Source: Acholeplasmataceae bacterium (GTDB taxonomy: Bacteria; Bacillota_I; Bacilli_A; ML615J-28; CAG-698). Taken from it: 64,000 bases of DNA. Below the pieces are notes generated by a model. It made no database searches. It was given only the letters and a program-made list of their open reading frames with translations, and was not told the origin of the DNA. Location: the NCBI GenBank assembly GCA_012839485.1, contig DUNF01000054.1:50-64049 (forward strand), given 5' to 3'. Shown here piece by piece: positions 20,145-29,280 of this stretch. The position numbers and the translations under genes were made by a program. How positions within the stretch are numbered: the first letter of the stretch is position 1; the number at the start of each line of letters is the position of its first letter.

Positions 20145-21893
20145 ATGGATTTAAATAGTAAACTAAATCTTATCCCTCATAAACCAGGTTGTTATTTAAT
20201 GAAAGATAAAATGAATGAAGTTATTTATGTAGGGAAAGCAAAGAATTTATATAATCGTGTTCGTTCTTATTTTACTGGCGTTAATAATTTAAAAAATACT
20301 AAGCTAGTTGAAAATATTGTAGATATCGAATATATAATTACTTCCAATGAAACTGAAGCATTTTTATTAGAAATAAGTTTAATTAAAAAATATGATCCAA
20401 AATATAATATCGCTTTAACCGACGATAAAACTTATCCTTATATTTTAGTTACTGAGGAAAAATATCCACGTATTTTATATACAAGAAACTTAAATTATAA
20501 GGGCAAGTTTTATGGTCCATACCCTAATGCCGCTAGTGCAAGAGAAGTTGCGGATATCTTAAATGCTATTTTTCCTTTGAGAAAGTGCAAGAAGTTGCCG
20601 AAAGAAGTTTGTCTTTATTATCATATAGGACAATGTCTTGCTCCTTGTGTTAATAAAGATATTAATGAAGATAGTTATACTACTTATAAAAAGGAAATTG
20701 ATAGTATTTTAACTGGCAATATTAATCAAGAAGTTAAAACTTTAAAACAAAAGATGAATCAAGCAAGTTTAAATTTAGAATATGAAAAAGCATTAAGTTA
20801 TAAAAAGTCAATTGATGCTTTAGAAAATCTAAAAATAAAACAAGCAGTAAGTATTGATATTGTAGATACTGATGTGTTTGGTTATGCTTTAGAAGATGGG
20901 TCTTTAAGTATCCAAGTCTTTCATATTCGTAAAGGGATGGTTGTAGAAAGAGATGGAGCTTTACTTGATGTTTTGGGTAATTTTGAAGATGTGTTTAGTG
21001 GTTATATTGACAATTTTTATTTCTATCAAAATAATCCATTACCAAAACAAATTTTAGTTCCTAATTTAAAGTTAGATTTCTTTAATAAAGAATTAAACAA
21101 ACTAGTATTTGTTCCTAAAAAAGGAAAGAAAAAGGATTTATTGGAACTTGCTTGTAAGAATGCTTTAGAAAAATTAGAGTTTTTAAAGAAGAAAAAAGAA
21201 AGTGAATATCAAAAAACAATTGTTGCGATGAATGAGTTATCTAAACTATTAGGTTATGATAACTTAAGGACTATTGAAGCTTTTGATAACTCGAATTTAC
21301 TTGGAACTAATCCGGTAAGTGCAATGGTTTATTTTAAAGATGGTAATCCAGTTAAAGACAACTACCGAAAATATAAAGTTAAATATGTAGAGGGTGCTAA
21401 CGATGTTGCTACAATGCAAGAAGTTGTTTATCGTAGATATCTTAAATTAAGGGATGAAGGAAAAGAGTATCCTGATTTAATTGTAATTGATGGGGGAAAA
21501 GCCCAAGTTGATGGTGCTGTAGATATCTTAAAGCAGCTAGGATTATCAATTCCTGTAATTGGTTTAGTAAAAGATAAAAACCATAAGACAGATCGCATTT
21601 ATTATCAAGATAAAGAAATAACAATTAGTAAAAACGGTAACTTATTTAAACTTTTAGAAAGAGTTCAGGAAGAAGTTCATCGTTTTGCAATTACTTTTTT
21701 CAGGAAAACCCAAAGATCAAACTTTTTAGTAACAGCATTAGATGATATTAAAGGTTTATCAAACAAACAAAAACAAGAGATTCTAAAGATAATTGGTGAT
21801 GAAGACTTTAGAGTAAAATTAGATGAAATGAAATTAAAAGAAGATGTAGAATTAGCAGTTTTAGATGCATTAGAGGAGGAGACATGGAAATAA
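20145..21893 (+). CDS. uvrC: Excinuclease ABC subunit C
   Basis: N-terminal GIY-YIG (GCYLMKD…IYVGKAKNL…R…Y), UvrBC and RNase H-like/HhH domains. Confidence 0.95.
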   Translation: MDLNSKLNLIPHKPGCYLMKDKMNEVIYVGKAKNLYNRVRSYFTGVNNLKNTKLVENIVDIEYIITSNETEAFLLEISLIKKYDPKYNIALTDDKTYPYILVTEEKYPRILYTRNLNYKGKFYGPYPNAASAREVADILNAIFPLRKCKKLPKEVCLYYHIGQCLAPCVNKDINEDSYTTYKKEIDSILTGNINQEVKTLKQKMNQASLNLEYEKALSYKKSIDALENLKIKQAVSIDIVDTDVFGYALEDGSLSIQVFHIRKGMVVERDGALLDVLGNFEDVFSGYIDNFYFYQNNPLPKQILVPNLKLDFFNKELNKLVFVPKKGKKKDLLELACKNALEKLEFLKKKKESEYQKTIVAMNELSKLLGYDNLRTIEAFDNSNLLGTNPVSAMVYFKDGNPVKDNYRKYKVKYVEGANDVATMQEVVYRRYLKLRDEGKEYPDLIVIDGGKAQVDGAVDILKQLGLSIPVIGLVKDKNHKTDRIYYQDKEITISKNGNLFKLLERVQEEVHRFAITFFRKTQRSNFLVTALDDIKGLSNKQKQEILKIIGDEDFRVKLDEMKLKEDVELAVLDALEEETWK

Positions 21894-22738
21894 GAGGAAG
21901 AGTTGTTGATACAATTCCTAGTTTAAGAATCATTAAAGTAGAAACAAGAGACAGAATGTATTATGTCTACCTTTCAAGAAAAATGTTTAGAGACTTTGGG
22001 CCATATTTTTATGAAACCCCATATGCGTCTATGGAAGTTGATAAAAAAGAAATTCATGGTAAATATGCGTGTTACCATTTAAAATCATTTACGAAAATTA
22101 TTAAGCATATTCGCAGGGAAAGAAAAGTTTTCTTTGATATTGTTGAGATTCAAGATTCTATTAAAGATATCATTAATCGTAAAGAAAATATGTTGTTTTT
22201 AGATTTAGAATACTCTTTACCTAGTAGTAGGGGACATCGTGAAAAATTTATTGAGATTATTCAATATGGATTAGTTTTATATGACAAAGAAGGGAAAAAG
22301 ATTTTAGAAGACCAATCGTTAGTAAAACCAAATAAAAAAAGTTCTTTAAACAAACAAACTTTAAATTTTATTAATCGAGAATTTAAAGAATTTAAAGATG
22401 GAGTTGATTATATAGTTTTCTATCAAACTTTTGAACAGCTATTAGAAAAATATAATCCTAGAATAGTTGTTTGGGGTAATAATGATGTTCCTACACTAGA
22501 AAAATCTTTTAGAATAAATCATTTAAGGCCATTAAATATTAGAAAAAGAAGTCTTAATTTAATGCAATTAATTAAAAATTATTATGGTATAAAAAATGAT
22601 TTAGGTTTATTTGAAACATATGAACTTGCAACTAAAACTAAACTAGAACCCCAAACTCATGATGCTTTTGAAGATGCAGTTATCTTAAAAGGAGTTTATG
22701 ATTTATTTAAAAAAGATATAAATAAAAAGAGGATTTAG
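21884..22738 (+). CDS. DEDDh 3'-5' exonuclease (KapD/ERI-1-like) with an extra ~110-aa N-terminal domain
   Basis: Exo I motif LFLDLEY, an Exo II-like WGNNDV, and Exo III HDAFEDA. Overlaps the uvrC 3' end by 10 nt. Confidence 0.65.
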   Translation: MEIRGRVVDTIPSLRIIKVETRDRMYYVYLSRKMFRDFGPYFYETPYASMEVDKKEIHGKYACYHLKSFTKIIKHIRRERKVFFDIVEIQDSIKDIINRKENMLFLDLEYSLPSSRGHREKFIEIIQYGLVLYDKEGKKILEDQSLVKPNKKSSLNKQTLNFINREFKEFKDGVDYIVFYQTFEQLLEKYNPRIVVWGNNDVPTLEKSFRINHLRPLNIRKRSLNLMQLIKNYYGIKNDLGLFETYELATKTKLEPQTHDAFEDAVILKGVYDLFKKDINKKRI

Positions 22739-22756
22739 AATAATCCTCTTTTTTAT
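22727..22756. terminator. Bidirectional intrinsic terminator between the exonuclease gene (+) and rnj (-)
   Basis: AAGAGGATT-TAGAAT-AATCCTCTT with T-runs on both strands. Confidence 0.8.
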
Positions 22757-24444
22757 TGTTCAATAATTACGGGAATAATTAATGGTTTTCTTTCTGTTAA
22801 TTCAAAGATATAAGTACCTAATGTTGAAACAAGCAAAGTGCTTAAATCTTTTTTATTGTATTTTGATGAAGTAGCAATATAATTATCTAAAGTTTTTAAA
22901 GCTCGTTCTTCAATTTTTTGTAATAAATCATCAGATTCTTTAGCATAAATAAAACCTCTAGTAATTATTGATGGTTCTCTCTTTAGTTTATATTTTTCAT
23001 CTAAACTAAGAACGATAGATAACAATCCTTCTTCTGAAAGATGTTTTCTTGTTTTAATGATTTCTTGATCAACAATATTTCTTTTACTATCAATATAAAT
23101 ACTACCAGTTGTGATTTTATCTGTAATACTTGCCCCATCTTTAGTAATTGTTAGGACATCGCCATTTTCTAAGATAAAGATATTTTCTTCTTTAACCCCA
23201 ACTCTTTCAGCTGTTTTGCTATGTTCTTTAAGCATGGCATATTCTCCATGGATTGGAACAAAGTATTTTGGTTTTGTAAGGGCAAGCATAATTTCTTGTT
23301 CTGTTTTACTAGCATGACCAGTAGTATGGGTGTCTGTTAATGGGCTATCTACAATAACTCTTGCGCCTCTTTTATATAGTTTATTAATAGTATCATAAAT
23401 ATTAAGTTCGTTTCCTGGAATTGCACTTGATGAGAAAATAATAGTATCTCCTGGTTCAATTTGAATAGTTTTATGTGTGCCATCAGCTATTCTTGATAAT
23501 GCCGCAAAAGGTTCTCCTTGAGATCCGGTACATAAAATTGTTATTTGATTATTTGGAATATGGGGGAACTCTCTTGCGTGAATAAATGTTCCTTTAGGGG
23601 CTTCAATATATTTTAACTGTTGAGCAACGTTGATATTTTTCTCCATACTTCTACCAAAAGCTACAACTTTTCTTCCATATTCAATTGAAGCAGAAATCAT
23701 TGTTTGTAATCTGTATACGTTTGAAGCAAAGGTAGCAATAATAACCCTTCCTTCAATTGTTTCAAAAATAGATCTTATACTTTCTGCTATTGCTTTTTCT
23801 GATAAAGAAAAGTCTTCAATTTCTGAACCAGTACTATCAGAAAGTAATAATAAAACACCTTCTTTTTGATAAGAAGTAATTTTTTCAAATTCTGCTGCAT
23901 CACCAATAGGAGTAAAGTCAAATTTAAAATCGCCAGTATGGATGATATAGCCTAGTTTGGTTTTAATTGCCATGCCAAAAGCATCAGGAATACTGTGATT
24001 TACTAGAAAAAAAGAAATGATAAAATTATTAAAAACATAAACAGAATCACGTCTATACTCTATTAAATTGATATCTACACCACTAAATTCTTTCATCTTA
24101 TTTTTTATAAGCTCATAAGCTAAACCAGAGGCATAGACTTTGGGAATCTTAACATCTCTTAATAGATAAGGAATTCCGCCAATATGGTCTTCATGGCCAT
24201 GAGTAATAAATAAGCCAATAATTCTATGTTCGTTTTCTTTTAGGTAAGTAAAGTCGGGAACGATATAATCAACCCCAACATTTTCATTGGAAAATAAAAC
24301 GCCAGAATCAATTACTAATAGTTCATCAGCTATTTCAATACAATATAAGTTTTTTCCTACTTCACCTAAACCACCTAAAGCGAAAACTTTGATATCTTTA
24401 CTATAGAGATTTTTCTTTAATGGCAAATTATTTCTATTAATCAT
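22753..24444 (-). CDS. rnj: Ribonuclease J (beta-CASP metallo-beta-lactamase)
   Basis: HGHEDHIGG motif and a beta-CASP/RNase J C-terminal domain. I chose the start at 24444 because AAGGAGG lies upstream; the track ORF adds 5 aa that would be encoded by the RBS itself. Confidence 0.9.
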   Translation of the reverse strand: MINRNNLPLKKNLYSKDIKVFALGGLGEVGKNLYCIEIADELLVIDSGVLFSNENVGVDYIVPDFTYLKENEHRIIGLFITHGHEDHIGGIPYLLRDVKIPKVYASGLAYELIKNKMKEFSGVDINLIEYRRDSVYVFNNFIISFFLVNHSIPDAFGMAIKTKLGYIIHTGDFKFDFTPIGDAAEFEKITSYQKEGVLLLLSDSTGSEIEDFSLSEKAIAESIRSIFETIEGRVIIATFASNVYRLQTMISASIEYGRKVVAFGRSMEKNINVAQQLKYIEAPKGTFIHAREFPHIPNNQITILCTGSQGEPFAALSRIADGTHKTIQIEPGDTIIFSSSAIPGNELNIYDTINKLYKRGARVIVDSPLTDTHTTGHASKTEQEIMLALTKPKYFVPIHGEYAMLKEHSKTAERVGVKEENIFILENGDVLTITKDGASITDKITTGSIYIDSKRNIVDQEIIKTRKHLSEEGLLSIVLSLDEKYKLKREPSIITRGFIYAKESDDLLQKIEERALKTLDNYIATSSKYNKKDLSTLLVSTLGTYIFELTERKPLIIPVIIEQ

Positions 24445-24462
24445 TTTGCCTCCTTTCATAAA

Positions 24463-25047
24463 TTAGTCCATTTTTACTGGACTTGAATTTTCAGGTATAC
24501 CAAAAGGATCTTGTTCGTTGATTCTATCAATAAATAAGATTCCTTGTAAGTGATCATATTCGTGTTGAAATACAACCGCAATATAATCTTTTAATTTCAA
24601 TATAACTTGTTTAAGTTCTTTTGACTCAAAATCATAAAGATTAGTTCTAACAGTTATTTTCTTTGGTCTAAAGATTAGTCCTTGCACATCTCTATCAACA
24701 GATAGACAGCCTTCACCAGTTGATAGATATGTAGTTTCTACCGATTCGCTAATAATTTTTGGATTAATTACATAATATTCATGAAGAACTTTATTTTCAT
24801 CATAAGCTTTGATTCCAAAAATTTTTTTAGAAACGCCAATTTGGGGGGCAGCTAAGCCTACCCCAGGACGCAAAGCATATTTTTCAATAGCCTCTTTATT
24901 ATAACTATTGTCTAAATATTCTTTGATTAAACTTAAAGTTTCTAAATCTTCTTCGCTTAAAGGTAAAGTAACATTTTTAGCTTTTAATCTTAAGATTTCG
25001 TTATCTTGTTTATTTTCTTCTTTTAAAATATGTTCATATAAAATCAT
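24463..25047 (-). CDS. def: Peptide deformylase
   Basis: Motifs GVGLAAPQIG, EGCLS and HEYDHLQG. RBS AAGGTGA upstream of the ATG at 25047. Confidence 0.9.
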   Translation of the reverse strand: MILYEHILKEENKQDNEILRLKAKNVTLPLSEEDLETLSLIKEYLDNSYNKEAIEKYALRPGVGLAAPQIGVSKKIFGIKAYDENKVLHEYYVINPKIISESVETTYLSTGEGCLSVDRDVQGLIFRPKKITVRTNLYDFESKELKQVILKLKDYIAVVFQHEYDHLQGILFIDRINEQDPFGIPENSSPVKMD

Positions 25048-25138
25048 TTTATCACCTTTATCTATTTTACCAAAACTATAATATAAAAGCAAACAAAGTA
25101 TGTTTGATTAAGATTATTTATGTTATAATATTAATGCT

Positions 25139-25843
25139 ATGAAGTTAATTAAGTATGTGAAGGAAGGGCTTAATGTTGAAAGAAAACTTGCGAAAGTTTT
25201 AATTAAAACAGGCCAAATCGAAGTTAATAATAAAGTAGTCTTAGATCCTGCAATCAACTTAAAAAAAGACGATAAGATATCTTATTTAGGTGAATTGATA
25301 GATTATAGGGAATATGAGTACATTGCTTTGTATAAAAAGGAAGGTTATGTTTCAAGTAGAAATGATGAGAAGGCGCCTTCTCTTTTGAACTTGATTACTG
25401 ATGAACGTTTAAGAAAAAGATTGAAAATTGTTGGTAGATTAGATACTGATACTTCTGGTTTGATTTTTTTAACTGATGATGGGGATTTTATTCATAAAGT
25501 AACTTCGCCCAAAAAGGAAATTGAAAAGGTTTATTATGTAGAGTTAGAAAAGGAAATTACAAAAGAAGATATCTTGCAATTAGAAAAAGGAGTTTTAATT
25601 AAAGAAAAAAATACTGAATATCTTACGAAACCAGCAAGATGTAAGATGCTAACTGAAACAAGTGTTTTGCTTGCGATTGTAGAGGGAAGACATCATCAAG
25701 TTAAGAAAATGATGAGAGCTGTAGGTAACGAATTAACTTTATTAAAAAGAGAAAAGATTGGATCTATTGATTTAGAAGGGCTTGATCCTGGTTGTTATCG
25801 CGATTTAACTGAAGAAGAGATTAAATATTTTAAAAACAATTAA
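25139..25843 (+). CDS. Pseudouridine synthase, RsuA/RluB family (N-terminal S4 domain)
   Basis: Catalytic …VGRLDTDTSGLIFLTDDG… motif. Confidence 0.75.
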   Translation: MKLIKYVKEGLNVERKLAKVLIKTGQIEVNNKVVLDPAINLKKDDKISYLGELIDYREYEYIALYKKEGYVSSRNDEKAPSLLNLITDERLRKRLKIVGRLDTDTSGLIFLTDDGDFIHKVTSPKKEIEKVYYVELEKEITKEDILQLEKGVLIKEKNTEYLTKPARCKMLTETSVLLAIVEGRHHQVKKMMRAVGNELTLLKREKIGSIDLEGLDPGCYRDLTEEEIKYFKNN

Positions 25844-25871
25844 AAATTATATTGCTGTTAAGTTTTTTTAC

Positions 25872-25900
25872 TTGACAGCCTTTTTTAATTATGGTATAAT
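25872..25900 (+). promoter_or_regulatory. Sigma-A promoter of the rpsP operon (TTGACA-17-TGgTATAAT, extended -10)
   Basis: Consensus hexamers with a TGn extension. Confidence 0.8.
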
Positions 25901-25923
25901 CATATCTAGTTATGGAGGTATAT

Positions 25924-26196
25924 ATGGTTAAATTAAGACTACAAAGATTAGGTGCTAAAAAGAGACCGTATTATCGTATTGTAGCAACTGAATCTTCGAA
26001 TCCTAGAGATGGTAGATTTATCGAGATTATAGGAACTTATCATCCTATCGAAAAAGATGAACTTAAAATTAACGAAGAAAAAGCTTTAAAGTGGCTTCAC
26101 AATGGTGCGCAACCGACAGACACAGTTAAGTCGCTGTTCACTAAAGTAGGACTTATTGAAAAGTTTACTGAAGAAAAGAAAGCTAAGAGGGCATAG
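25924..26196 (+). CDS. rpsP: 30S ribosomal protein S16
   Basis: [20 protein letters not shown]…; GGAGGT 5 nt upstream of the ATG. Confidence 0.95.
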   Translation: MVKLRLQRLGAKKRPYYRIVATESSNPRDGRFIEIIGTYHPIEKDELKINEEKALKWLHNGAQPTDTVKSLFTKVGLIEKFTEEKKAKRA

Positions 26197-26198
26197 CC

Positions 26199-26450
26199 GT
26201 GGATGTTAATTTTGAAGAGTTTTTAAAAAATCTTATTTTACCACTTGTGGAAAAACCAGAAGATGTAGTTGTGAAAGAACTAGAAACAAGTTCAGATGAT
26301 ACTGTTGCTTTGCAAGTACTAGTAGCAAGTGATGATCTTGGTCGTGTTATTGGTAAAAACGGACGCATTATTAATGCATTAAGAACTATTCTTTATTCAT
26401 GTGGTGCTCGCTACGGAAAAAGAATTGAAGTTTCTGTAGATTCGTTTTAA
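26199..26450 (+). CDS. ylqC: KH-domain RNA-binding protein (YlqC-like)
   Basis: GTG start; …GRVIGKNGRIINALRTI… KH motif; conserved rpsP-ylqC-rimM order. Confidence 0.8.
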   Translation: MDVNFEEFLKNLILPLVEKPEDVVVKELETSSDDTVALQVLVASDDLGRVIGKNGRIINALRTILYSCGARYGKRIEVSVDSF

Positions 26451-26452
26451 TT

Positions 26453-26944
26453 ATGGAATTAGTAATAATAGGTACAATAGTTAATCATCATGGTTTAAAA
26501 GGTGAAGTTAGAGTAATTGTTCATACCGATTATCCAGAAGAAAGATTTAAAAAAGGAAAAACTTTTTATGTTTTAAAAGAAAATGAATATGAGAAAATAG
26601 TGATTGACTCAGTTCGTTTTCATAAAAATTTTGTTTTATTAAAGTTTAATAACATTAATGATATTAATAAATGTTTAGAATATAAAGGTTTAGATATCTA
26701 TTCTGAAAGATTTGAAGATGAAAAGGTATATATTACTGACTTGATTGACTTTGACGCTTATGATGAAGAAGATAATTTAATAGGCAGTGTTGTAGATTAT
26801 TTAGAAGTTCCTCAAGGATATATTTTGGAGTTAAAAACAAAAGAAGGACAAAAAGTTTTAGTTCCTTATGTAGATGAATTTATTAAGGAAATTGATTTTG
26901 AAAACCAAGAAATAATAATTCATTTAATTGAGGGTATGTTATGA
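26453..26944 (+). CDS. rimM: 16S rRNA processing protein RimM
   Basis: PRC barrel/RimM sequence (…VNHHGLKGEVRV…). Confidence 0.9.
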   Translation: MELVIIGTIVNHHGLKGEVRVIVHTDYPEERFKKGKTFYVLKENEYEKIVIDSVRFHKNFVLLKFNNINDINKCLEYKGLDIYSERFEDEKVYITDLIDFDAYDEEDNLIGSVVDYLEVPQGYILELKTKEGQKVLVPYVDEFIKEIDFENQEIIIHLIEGML

Positions 26945-27666
26945 GAATAGATGTATTAACATTATTTCCTGAAATGTTTACAGGTGTTGTAAATAGTTCT
27001 ATTTTACAAAGGGCAATAAGCGAAAATCATTTAGAAATAAATATTATTGATTATCGCGAATTTTCTTTAGATAAAAATCATAAAGTAGATGATTATCCTT
27101 ATGGTGGTGGAGCTGGTATGGTTATTGAAGTTGAGCCAATTGTTTTGGCACTTCGCTCGCTTCCAAAAGGTTATACTATTCTAACATCTCCAAAAGGAGC
27201 AACTTATAATCAAAACAAAGCCAAAGAATTATCTAAAAAAGACCACTTAATTATTATATGTGGTCATTATGAAGGTATTGATAATCGTATTACTAATTAC
27301 ATCGATGAAGAAATCTCAATTGGAGATTATATCCTAACTGGAGGAGAAATTGCAGCACTTGCGATGATTGATAGTATTGCAAGATTAATCCCTAATGTTT
27401 TAGGAAACCAAGAATCATTACAAAGCGAAAGTTTTGAGGAATTATTAGAATATCCTCAATATACAAGACCAGAAGAGTTTGAAGGACATAAAGTTCCAAG
27501 TGTATTATTATCTGGTCATCATGAAAATGTGAGAAAATGGCGTAGATTTCAAAGTTTAAAAAGAACTTATGAAAGAAGACAAGATCTTTTAGAAAAAACT
27601 CAATTATCTAAAGAAGACCTAGAGTTTTTAAAACTGATTAAAGAAAGAAAAGATTTAGAGTTTTAG
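26941..27666 (+). CDS. trmD: tRNA (guanine37-N1)-methyltransferase
   Basis: MRIDVLTLFPEMF…DDYPYGGGAGMV…. Confidence 0.95.
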   Translation: MRIDVLTLFPEMFTGVVNSSILQRAISENHLEINIIDYREFSLDKNHKVDDYPYGGGAGMVIEVEPIVLALRSLPKGYTILTSPKGATYNQNKAKELSKKDHLIIICGHYEGIDNRITNYIDEEISIGDYILTGGEIAALAMIDSIARLIPNVLGNQESLQSESFEELLEYPQYTRPEEFEGHKVPSVLLSGHHENVRKWRRFQSLKRTYERRQDLLEKTQLSKEDLEFLKLIKERKDLEF

Positions 27667-27714
27667 TAAAAGAAGTACTTTAAATAAAAGTAAATCAAAG
27701 GAGAGTGAAAGAAA

Positions 27715-28068
27715 ATGAGTCAACAATTAATAGCAGATGTGACTAAAGAATATTTAAAAACCGACATTCCCGAATTTAGACCTGGAGATACAGTTCGCGT
27801 ACACGTTAAGATTAAAGAGGGTGCTCGTGAAAGAATCCAAATCTTTGAAGGACTTGTGATTAAAAGACAAGGTGGAGGAATTAGTGAAACTTATACAGTT
27901 CGTAAGATATCTTACGGTGTAGGAGTTGAAAGAACTTTCCCTGTTCATAGTCCGAATGTCGCTCAAATTGAAGTAGTTCGTATGGGTAAAGTACGTAGAG
28001 CTAAACTTCATTACATTAGATCTTTATCTGCTAAAGCAGCCAGAATTAAAGAACGTAAGAAGTTCTAA
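27715..28068 (+). CDS. rplS: 50S ribosomal protein L19
   Basis: Conserved L19 sequence, followed by an intrinsic terminator. Confidence 0.95.
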   Translation: MSQQLIADVTKEYLKTDIPEFRPGDTVRVHVKIKEGARERIQIFEGLVIKRQGGGISETYTVRKISYGVGVERTFPVHSPNVAQIEVVRMGKVRRAKLHYIRSLSAKAARIKERKKF

Positions 28069-28070
28069 TA

Positions 28071-28097
28071 AAAGACAGGTTAACCTGTCTTTTTTTA
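28071..28097 (+). terminator. Intrinsic terminator after rplS
   Basis: AAGACAGGTTAACCTGTCTT followed by TTTTTTT. Confidence 0.85.
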
Positions 28098-28121
28098 TTT
28101 ACTGAAAACAAAAAGAAAACG

Positions 28122-28150
28122 ATTGAAAATATTTTCATAATGTGTTATAA
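28122..28150 (+). promoter_or_regulatory. Sigma-A promoter of ccpA (TTGAAA-17-TATAAT) overlapped by a perfect 14-bp palindrome TGAAAATATTTTCA (28123-28136)
   Basis: Hexamers with a 17-nt spacer. The palindrome overlaps the -35. A second cre-like half-site TGAAAACGATTGAAAA lies immediately upstream. Confidence 0.6.
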
Positions 28151-28189
28151 TACATATGAAAAAATAGAAAGAAAGTGAGGTAAATAAAT

Positions 28190-29206
28190 ATGAGTCAACA
28201 AATTAAAATTTATGACGTAGCAGGTGCTGCAGGTGTAAGTTTAGCAACTGTATCACGTGTTTTAAATCATCCTGAAAAAGTAAAAGCAGAAACTAGAGAA
28301 AGAGTACTAAAAATAATTAAAGAAAAAGGTTATAAACCAAATGCTAATGCCCGCGGTTTAGCAAGCAAAAGGTCAACAACAGTAGCGATTGTAATCCCTT
28401 CGATTAGTCGTGCTAGTGTTGCCGAGATGATTGAAGGTATTTATGATAGTGCTCGTAAATACGGCTATACTATTCGTTTATTTATTACTAAAGATGAAGA
28501 GGATCCAAGAGATGCTTGGTCAGAAGTTATCGCATCAAGTGTAGATGGTATTCTATTTATGAACGATGAAACAACAGATACTACATATAGAGAAATTGCC
28601 CATACCCCTGTACCTGTTGTGTTTGTAAATAATATTTCTAGTTCGGATGAATTTGGTAGTATTTCAATTGATTATGAAGAATGTGCTTATCAAATTACTA
28701 AAGAAATGATTAAACGCGGAAATAAAAAAATTTTATTTATTGATACTATTCATAAATATTCTGCGAATGAACTTAAAGCAGCAGGTTATGAAAGAGCAAT
28801 GAAAGAAGCAGGTCTTGAAATTGATATTCTATATTCAACTGGTAATTTAAATATTAACCAAAATGATTTCAAAGCTTATTTAGATAAGAAAGTTCCAGAA
28901 GTTGCTTTAGCGGTTCGTGATTCAATGGCGATTTCATTTATGAATGTAGCTACTAAAAAAGGAATCAAAGTTCCTGATGAGTTACAAGTAATTGGGTTTC
29001 AAAATACTCGTTATGCAGTACTATCTAATCCAACACTTACTTGTGTTGCAGCATCAATTTATGATATTGGTAGTAGAGCTATGAGCTACTTAACAGAGAT
29101 GATGAAAGATGACCAAAAGAAAGCAGAAGAAAGAGAAAGTTATCAAAAGAAAGCTGCTAATATCATTGTAGATTATGATATAGTATGGCGTGAATCAACT
29201 AAATAG
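28190..29206 (+). CDS. ccpA: LacI-family regulator, probable catabolite control protein A
   Basis: Colinear with B. subtilis CcpA throughout (IYDVA…VS.ATVSRV, ARGLASK, GFDNTR, the effector domain). Monocistronic, with its own promoter and terminator. Confidence 0.7.
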   Translation: MSQQIKIYDVAGAAGVSLATVSRVLNHPEKVKAETRERVLKIIKEKGYKPNANARGLASKRSTTVAIVIPSISRASVAEMIEGIYDSARKYGYTIRLFITKDEEDPRDAWSEVIASSVDGILFMNDETTDTTYREIAHTPVPVVFVNNISSSDEFGSISIDYEECAYQITKEMIKRGNKKILFIDTIHKYSANELKAAGYERAMKEAGLEIDILYSTGNLNINQNDFKAYLDKKVPEVALAVRDSMAISFMNVATKKGIKVPDELQVIGFQNTRYAVLSNPTLTCVAASIYDIGSRAMSYLTEMMKDDQKKAEERESYQKKAANIIVDYDIVWRESTK

Positions 29207-29238
29207 AAATTTAAGAATTAAGGTTAAAAATAAAAAAT

Positions 29239-29266
29239 GTCCTTAAAATATTTTAAGGACTTTTAT
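29239..29266 (+). terminator. Intrinsic terminator after ccpA
   Basis: GTCCTTAAAATATTTTAAGGAC followed by TTTTATT. Confidence 0.75.
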
Positions 29267-29280
29267 TAGGGAGGAAAAGA

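Noticed and set aside
29207-29280. Possible T-box or attenuator upstream of tyrS
   Set aside because: Only 74 nt are available. That stretch is occupied by the ccpA terminator hairpin, and it has no T-box consensus.
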